Virus record (IMG/VR): IMGVR_UViG_3300045988_119588
Strand: one strand, 5' to 3'
DNA: 45,644 nucleotides
Source: a virus
A model generated the notes under the pieces. The model saw only the letters and a program-made list of their open reading frames with translations, made no database searches and had not been told where the DNA came from. Position numbers and translations under genes: made by a program. The first letter of the stretch is position 1. Every line of letters begins with the position of its first letter. Of the stretch, positions 41,718 to 45,644 are shown one piece after another.

Positions 41718-43004
41718 ATGAGCAAGACAAATAACACAACGCTGAAGAACGTGAGACATAACGGTCAGAAGGTAAAGAAATGGTATAATAACGGCACGAA
41801 GGTATATAGCGCCGGGAATGTGGTTACATATTACTTTAATTCGAGTGACTATGCGCAGGAAGAGATAGACAGTGAAGCATCCTGTTTAACTCCTAAAACG
41901 GTCGATTACATAAATCATTTTCCCGGCTGGACGTTTGTCGGCTGGCGCGAAGATAATACGGCATCAAGTACTGTAGTGGCATCTAAGGTAATGGGAGACG
42001 AACCGGTTACCTTGTATGCTGTGTATAAAAGGACCTTAACTGCGACTTTTAATGGTAATGGAGCTACTAGTGGATCAGTAGCAAGTATTAGCGGTACCCA
42101 ATATTATAATAATGGTAATATTGCGAATCCTACTATTACTTTACCTGCGAATGGTTATAGCAGAACAAATTATAAGTTTAATGGATGGAATTATGGTGCT
42201 GTTGGAGCAAAGATTACACTGACTGGTAATATTACAGTATCAGCGCAGTGGATTCAGTCTGTTTATGCGTATGGATATACCGGTGGAATGCAGAGTTTCA
42301 CGGCTCCTGTCACTGGTACTTACTTATTGGAGGTTTGGGGCGCTCAAGGTGGAAATAATAATGGAGCCAGCGATAGAGCGACTCCCGGATATGGTGGATA
42401 TGGCGCTGGTTACGTCACACTAAATCAAGGACAAGTTATTTATATTTGTGTAGGAGAAAACGGAAATAGAGCTATACGCCAATATCGATATACTTACAAT
42501 GGTGGAGGACGAGCTTATGATGCTCCTGGTGGAGGGGCTACTCATATTGGTACTCGAAATGGTACATTAAGGGAATATGGCAATACCAGTGGATTATTTA
42601 TTGTTGCTGGTGGCGGTGGTGGTGCTGGTGCTGGTCACAGCCCAAATGGTGGTGTTTTAGGTCACGGTTATCAAGGCGGTAGCGGAGGTGGCGCATCTGG
42701 AGGTTATGGTTACGCACAACACTATGCTGGAGATGGGTACGAAGGTGGCGCTGGAGGAACACAATCACGTAGTCCTGCTGGTTATAACGGTGGTTTTGGA
42801 TATGGTGGATGGAATTCTGGTAGTGAATGGTTAGCAGCTGGTGGCGGTGGGCTTTACGGTGGAGCTTATGGACGAGAAGATAGCGATAGCGCCTGGACTG
42901 CTGGCGGCGGTGGAGGTTCTGGATACATTGGCGGAGTATCAAATGGTTCCTGGTCCAACGGTGTTAGATCCGGTGATGGGTATGCGAAAATCACTTTATG
43001 CTAG
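41718..43004 (+). CDS. Receptor-binding/tail fibre protein: Flg_new-type repeats + glycine-rich (Gly_rich, PF12810-like) domain
   Basis: 428 aa. TATFNGNGATSG...GYSRTNYKFNGWNYG (Listeria-Bacteroides repeat pattern). YGYTGGMQSFTAPVTGTYLLEVWGAQGG...GGYGAGYVTLNQGQVIYICVGENG (Gly_rich signature), followed by GGGGAGAG tracts. Confidence 0.75.
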   Translation: MSKTNNTTLKNVRHNGQKVKKWYNNGTKVYSAGNVVTYYFNSSDYAQEEIDSEASCLTPKTVDYINHFPGWTFVGWREDNTASSTVVASKVMGDEPVTLYAVYKRTLTATFNGNGATSGSVASISGTQYYNNGNIANPTITLPANGYSRTNYKFNGWNYGAVGAKITLTGNITVSAQWIQSVYAYGYTGGMQSFTAPVTGTYLLEVWGAQGGNNNGASDRATPGYGGYGAGYVTLNQGQVIYICVGENGNRAIRQYRYTYNGGGRAYDAPGGGATHIGTRNGTLREYGNTSGLFIVAGGGGGAGAGHSPNGGVLGHGYQGGSGGGASGGYGYAQHYAGDGYEGGAGGTQSRSPAGYNGGFGYGGWNSGSEWLAAGGGGLYGGAYGREDSDSAWTAGGGGGSGYIGGVSNGSWSNGVRSGDGYAKITLC

Positions 43005-43090
43005 ACAAGCAACTAAAATGGTACAAAAAAGAAAGCCACATATATTACAATAGAAAAAAAGGAAGTCATAACATCTGGGGGGATAAACGA

Positions 43091-43426
43091 ATGAACGAAC
43101 TCGATGTCGAACATAGACTGACAGAAGTAGAACAGAGGGCAAAATCAAACCAACACAGATTGGAAGAACTGGAACCTGTGGTCAAGGAGATACATACCAT
43201 GTCTAATACGATGATCCAATTGGTGGAAGAGGTTAAGCACACCAATGAGACAGTGGCCAGCCTCGACAGGAAGGTCGATAAGATGGACAGTCGTGTAGAT
43301 GAAATGGAAAATGCCCCGGGAAAAGAGTGGAGCAATACCAAGAGAGCATTAGTCAGTGCTGTGATCGGAGGAATCGTAACTTTTTTGATCACTGGATTGC
43401 TTTATGCAGCAGTTCAGGCCTTTTAA
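43091..43426 (+). CDS. xhlA: XhlA-like lysis-associated membrane protein
   Basis: 111 aa from ATG 43091 (GGGGGATAAACGA upstream). Coiled-coil N-terminus HRLTEVEQRAKSNQHRLEELE and a C-terminal TM helix ALVSAVIGGIVTFLITGLLYAAV. Confidence 0.7.
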   Translation: MNELDVEHRLTEVEQRAKSNQHRLEELEPVVKEIHTMSNTMIQLVEEVKHTNETVASLDRKVDKMDSRVDEMENAPGKEWSNTKRALVSAVIGGIVTFLITGLLYAAVQAF

Positions 43427-43453
43427 TTTAATAAGAAAGAGAGGAATAACATT

Positions 43454-43732
43454 ATGGATTTATCATTTTTATTGCAACTCGTAGACCCTATTATTTTGGG
43501 AATCTGTCTGCTGACAGGCTATGTGCTTAAGGAAGCATTTGACAAATTTCCGAACAAGTTTATTCCGTTGGCATCATTGAGCATGGGAACCATCATTGCA
43601 ATCATTATCCACCTACAGGCCGGTATCAATGCAGAGGTTGTATTGGGCGGAATGATCTCGGGACTGGCGGCCACCGGCATGTATGAACTGTTGAGGAATC
43701 TGCTGGACTTTGACGGAAAGAAGGAGGAGTAA
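43454..43732 (+). CDS. Holin
   Basis: 92 aa with 2-3 hydrophobic helices and a charged C-terminus. AGAGAGGAATAACATT RBS. Immediately upstream of the endolysin. Confidence 0.7.
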   Translation: MDLSFLLQLVDPIILGICLLTGYVLKEAFDKFPNKFIPLASLSMGTIIAIIIHLQAGINAEVVLGGMISGLAATGMYELLRNLLDFDGKKEE

Positions 43733-43733
43733 C

Positions 43734-44744
43734 ATGAAACAGGCATTATATAAAGGACCGGACATTTCCAAACACAACGGAAATGTCAACATAAAGAAGG
43801 TGCGCGATGCAGGATACAAGCGTATCGGCATTCGGGCAGGGTATGGTAAAAATAACGTTGATGAGAAGTATGTGAGTAATGCACTGGCCTGCTTCAATTT
43901 GGCAGTGCAGGTGCTTCTCTACTGGTTTTCGTATGCTTACACGGTAGCAATGGCAGTGGCAGAAGCAGAGTTTTGTATCACTCAGGCTAAAAAGTACTGG
44001 AGCAAATGCCCTATTGCATTTGATTTTGAGTACGACTCTGTAAATTATGCGCGTAAGAGAGGCGTGAATGTCACCAAACAGCTGGCTACGGATATGGCAA
44101 TTGCATTTTTGCAAAAGGTCAAAGCAGCCGGTTATCTCCCGGTGATCTATACCAACAAAGATTACCTTAATAAATATTTTGACATGAACCGAATCGTAAA
44201 AGCACTGGGAAAGGTATACGTATGGTATGCACGTTATACATCCAGTCTGTCAGCGGCGGAGATTGACCTTGCAGATATTTGGCAGTACACTTCTTCCGGG
44301 GCTGTTCCAGGAATCAATGGCAAGTGTGATATCAATATTTTTTATACTGACTTTGAAATGGTATCTGTTCCGGCGCAGAGGGAAGAAACCTGCAATATCA
44401 ATATTCAGAACTTCCAGAAGGCTGCAAATGCAGATGGGTATCGGGATGAACAAGGGAGAAAGCTGGTCGAAGATGGCAAAGATGGTCCTAATACTCAATA
44501 TGTGCGGCGGCAGATCTGCCTGCAGGCGAAGAGAGTCGGGCTGATCTATAAGGTTGGCTCCACAGGAGCGGTAGTTAAGTGGTGGCAGACACGTTGTAAC
44601 GAGATCCTTGGCGGTAACCAGGACACTGATGGCCGATACGGAAAGACTGCCAGAGCGGAGACAATCAAGCTGCAGAAAAAGCTTAATCTCACAGCCGATG
44701 GTAAGGCGGGATATAACAGCCTGCAGGCGGCATTCTATAATTGA
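43734..44744 (+). CDS. Endolysin: GH25 muramidase + C-terminal PG_binding_1 repeat(s)
   Basis: 336 aa from ATG 43734 (AAGGAGGAGTAAC upstream). KGPDISKHNGNVNIKKVRDAGYKRIGIRAGYG is a GH25 start. DGRYGKTARAETIKLQKKLNLTADGKAGYNSLQA is PG_binding_1-like. Confidence 0.85.
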   Translation: MKQALYKGPDISKHNGNVNIKKVRDAGYKRIGIRAGYGKNNVDEKYVSNALACFNLAVQVLLYWFSYAYTVAMAVAEAEFCITQAKKYWSKCPIAFDFEYDSVNYARKRGVNVTKQLATDMAIAFLQKVKAAGYLPVIYTNKDYLNKYFDMNRIVKALGKVYVWYARYTSSLSAAEIDLADIWQYTSSGAVPGINGKCDINIFYTDFEMVSVPAQREETCNINIQNFQKAANADGYRDEQGRKLVEDGKDGPNTQYVRRQICLQAKRVGLIYKVGSTGAVVKWWQTRCNEILGGNQDTDGRYGKTARAETIKLQKKLNLTADGKAGYNSLQAAFYN

Positions 44745-44803
44745 CGGGTCGGCAGAAGGTATGGTACTCTGAATTTAACCAATAGAATCCTTGTCATGGG
44801 AGA

Positions 44804-44842
44804 AAGGACGAAGAACAAGAAGGGGTGTTCTTCGTCCTTTTT
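44804..44842 (+). terminator. Strong Rho-independent terminator ending the late operon
   Basis: 14-bp perfect stem AAGGACGAAGAACA/TGTTCTTCGTCCTT with an 8-nt loop, followed by TTT. Confidence 0.8.
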
Positions 44843-44884
44843 ATATTAACTGGCAAGTTAGGTAACTATGGTAATGATATAGTT

Positions 44885-45121
44885 ATGGGAAAATTATTAT
44901 CAATAAATGATAACTATATATTGGATTTATTTAAAAACGCACCTGTCAATTATAGTCCAACTTTTGGGCAATTAAATATAGGTGGTCCCATAGTAGCATA
45001 TATCATGCAAAAGCATTCAGATTATTATGGAGGTGCTGTTATAGTATTTGGTTATAATAATCTAAGACCTATCTATTATCACATTGAAAATGACACAATA
45101 GATGCAGAATACTATTTGTAA
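44885..45121 (+). CDS. Hypothetical protein (78 aa) in the attP-proximal AT-rich islet
   Basis: Track ORF 44825-45121. The first ATG clear of the terminator is 44885, and no convincing RBS is present. Confidence 0.35.
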   Translation: MGKLLSINDNYILDLFKNAPVNYSPTFGQLNIGGPIVAYIMQKHSDYYGGAVIVFGYNNLRPIYYHIENDTIDAEYYL

Positions 45122-45156
45122 TCAAAGTATAATTACTGATTAATCTATAAGATATT

Positions 45157-45378
45157 TTATCTAAATATTATTGTAAAACTTAAATTAGTTATCATTTTAG
45201 CCATCCCATAGGTGGCATTATCAGGAGTACACGTAAACGAAAATCCACAATTAGTTTTTACAGATACATTACATTTAGATAGTACGTTTCCAAAACTGTC
45301 AAAGTCCACTCTGTTCAATTTAATTTCATAATTTGTGTTTTTTGTGACGAACGGTAATGGTACATATGCAACAACCAA
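45157..45378 (-). CDS. Hypothetical ORF; the open frame continues to 45480 without a canonical start (possible 5'-truncated remnant)
   Basis: The track start is a TTG. Translating upstream by hand gives 34 more sense codons (FIISVNGKLIDQSVGNSITLSNIIGIIGYAFDNK) with no ATG, GTG or TTG before the TAA at 45481-45483. Confidence 0.3.
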   Translation of the reverse strand: MVVAYVPLPFVTKNTNYEIKLNRVDFDSFGNVLSKCNVSVKTNCGFSFTCTPDNATYGMAKMITNLSFTIIFR

Positions 45379-45498
45379 TTTATTGTCAAATGCATATCCG
45401 ATTATTCCAATGATATTACTCAGAGTAATACTATTACCAACCGACTGATCTATTAACTTGCCATTTACAGAGATAATAAATTACAGGAAACAACTTGA

Positions 45499-45522
45499 TG
45501 CAACATGAAATGCAACATGAAA
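45499..45522 (+). repeat. Two perfect tandem TGCAACATGAAA units; putative arm-type integrase sites
   Basis: Seen directly. 45498-45519 is identical to 160-181. Confidence 0.5.
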
Positions 45523-45525
45523 TAG

Positions 45526-45552
45526 AAAAACCCTTGAAAAATCAAGGGTTTT
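45526..45552. terminator. Bidirectional hairpin terminator abutting the tRNA-like core
   Basis: AACCCTTGA-AAAA-TCAAGGGTT (9 bp), flanked by AAAAA upstream and TTTT downstream. On the minus strand it lies directly 3' of the tRNA fragment. Confidence 0.6.
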
Positions 45553-45555
45553 AAG

Positions 45556-45644
45556 AAGCGCGAGACGGGGATCGAACCCGCAAAGCATTTTTGTTAGAAA
45601 TGCCGAAAATACGGGAAATGCTGATAAACACTGGGTTTACAATA
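45556..45644. repeat. Terminal direct repeat, copy 2 (identical to 1-89)
   Basis: 89/89 identity with the window start. Confidence 0.95.
45557..45601 (-). other. Second copy of the tRNA 3' fragment (same sequence as 2-46)
   Basis: Part of the terminal repeat. Same T arm and acceptor reading as at 2-46. Confidence 0.6.

Larger units (their letters stand above)
1..45644. mobile_element. Temperate tailed-phage genome (siphovirus-like, A118/SPP1-style late module), apparently complete and closed by an 89-nt terminal overlap
   Basis: Ordered modules: integrase/immunity 187-4080, early/recombination/replication 4098-14672, DNA modification 14782-19503, accessory cassettes 20486-25162, terminase-portal-head 25557-34418, tail 34434-43004, lysis 43091-44744. 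nt 1-89 are identical to 45556-45644. Confidence 0.85.

Noticed and set aside
42590-42960. GGT/GGC-rich repetitive DNA as a tandem repeat, a CRISPR-like array or a DGR variable region
   Set aside because: It encodes the in-frame glycine-rich domain of the tail fibre. There is no template repeat, reverse transcriptase or spacer-repeat periodicity anywhere in the window.
1-45644. CRISPR arrays, transposases/IS elements, reverse transcriptases (retron/DGR), and recognisable toxin-antitoxin or CBASS/Thoeris-type modules
   Set aside because: Scanning both strands and the six-frame translations found no repeat-spacer periodicity, no DDE/IS termini, no YxDD reverse transcriptase motif and no cyclase, TIR or SIR2 signatures. 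The only mobile-type genes are the integrase and the HNH/GIY-YIG nucleases.

Overview
The window is one apparently complete temperate tailed-phage genome with about 45.56 kb of unique sequence. Its first 89 nt are repeated exactly at the end (1-89 = 45556-45644). I read this as circular closure or terminal redundancy rather than attL/attR.

Read as a circle, the junction looks like an attP. It has a 3' fragment of a tRNA gene on the minus strand, tandem TGCAACATGAAA units on both sides, and a hairpin terminator. A tyrosine integrase (187-1437, minus) lies next to it.

Modules, in order:
- Lysogeny and immunity on the minus strand: integrase, an AT-rich membrane-anchored Mrr-like nuclease, an ImmA-like protein and an XRE repressor, with consensus divergent promoters and TGCAAAC operators.
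- A rightward early operon: Cro-like protein, small ORFs with conserved junctions, DUF1351, Rad52-like SSAP, NinB-like protein, replisome organizer, GIY-YIG, YopX, DUF551.
- A DNA-modification island: DUF3850, ASCH, a PAPS-reductase/DndC-like PP-loop enzyme, an SNF2-helicase::beta-class methyltransferase fusion, and a NUMOD4/HNH homing endonuclease.
- A repeat- and hairpin-dense non-coding region.
- A five-gene cassette array with conserved junction repeats, including an HNH and a Mom/XF1762-like GNAT.
- An AT-rich moron flanked by duplicated terminators.
- DUF4417 plus two GGRGxSSG proteins, one carrying an L27/Prp-like NLQFF leader.
- A fused TerS-TerL terminase, portal, MuF, an embedded tRNA(UAU), scaffold and major capsid.
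- An A118/SPP1-style tail module with a tape measure and a glycine-rich receptor-binding protein.
- XhlA, holin and a GH25 endolysin, followed by an attP-proximal AT-rich islet.

The host is probably a Firmicute (Clostridia-like), judged from strong GGAGG ribosome-binding sites, the Prp-type motif and the XhlA/GH25 lysis genes. This is inference only.

Best candidates for something undescribed:
1. The wHTH-2TM-Mrr nuclease in the lysogeny operon.
2. The ASCH/PAPS-reductase/helicase-MTase island.
3. The terminator-flanked 2TM coiled-coil moron.
4. The DUF4417 + GGRGxSSG trio.
5. The junction-repeat cassette array and the repeat/hairpin region upstream of it.

All family assignments come from reading motifs in the translations. 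No database search was run.
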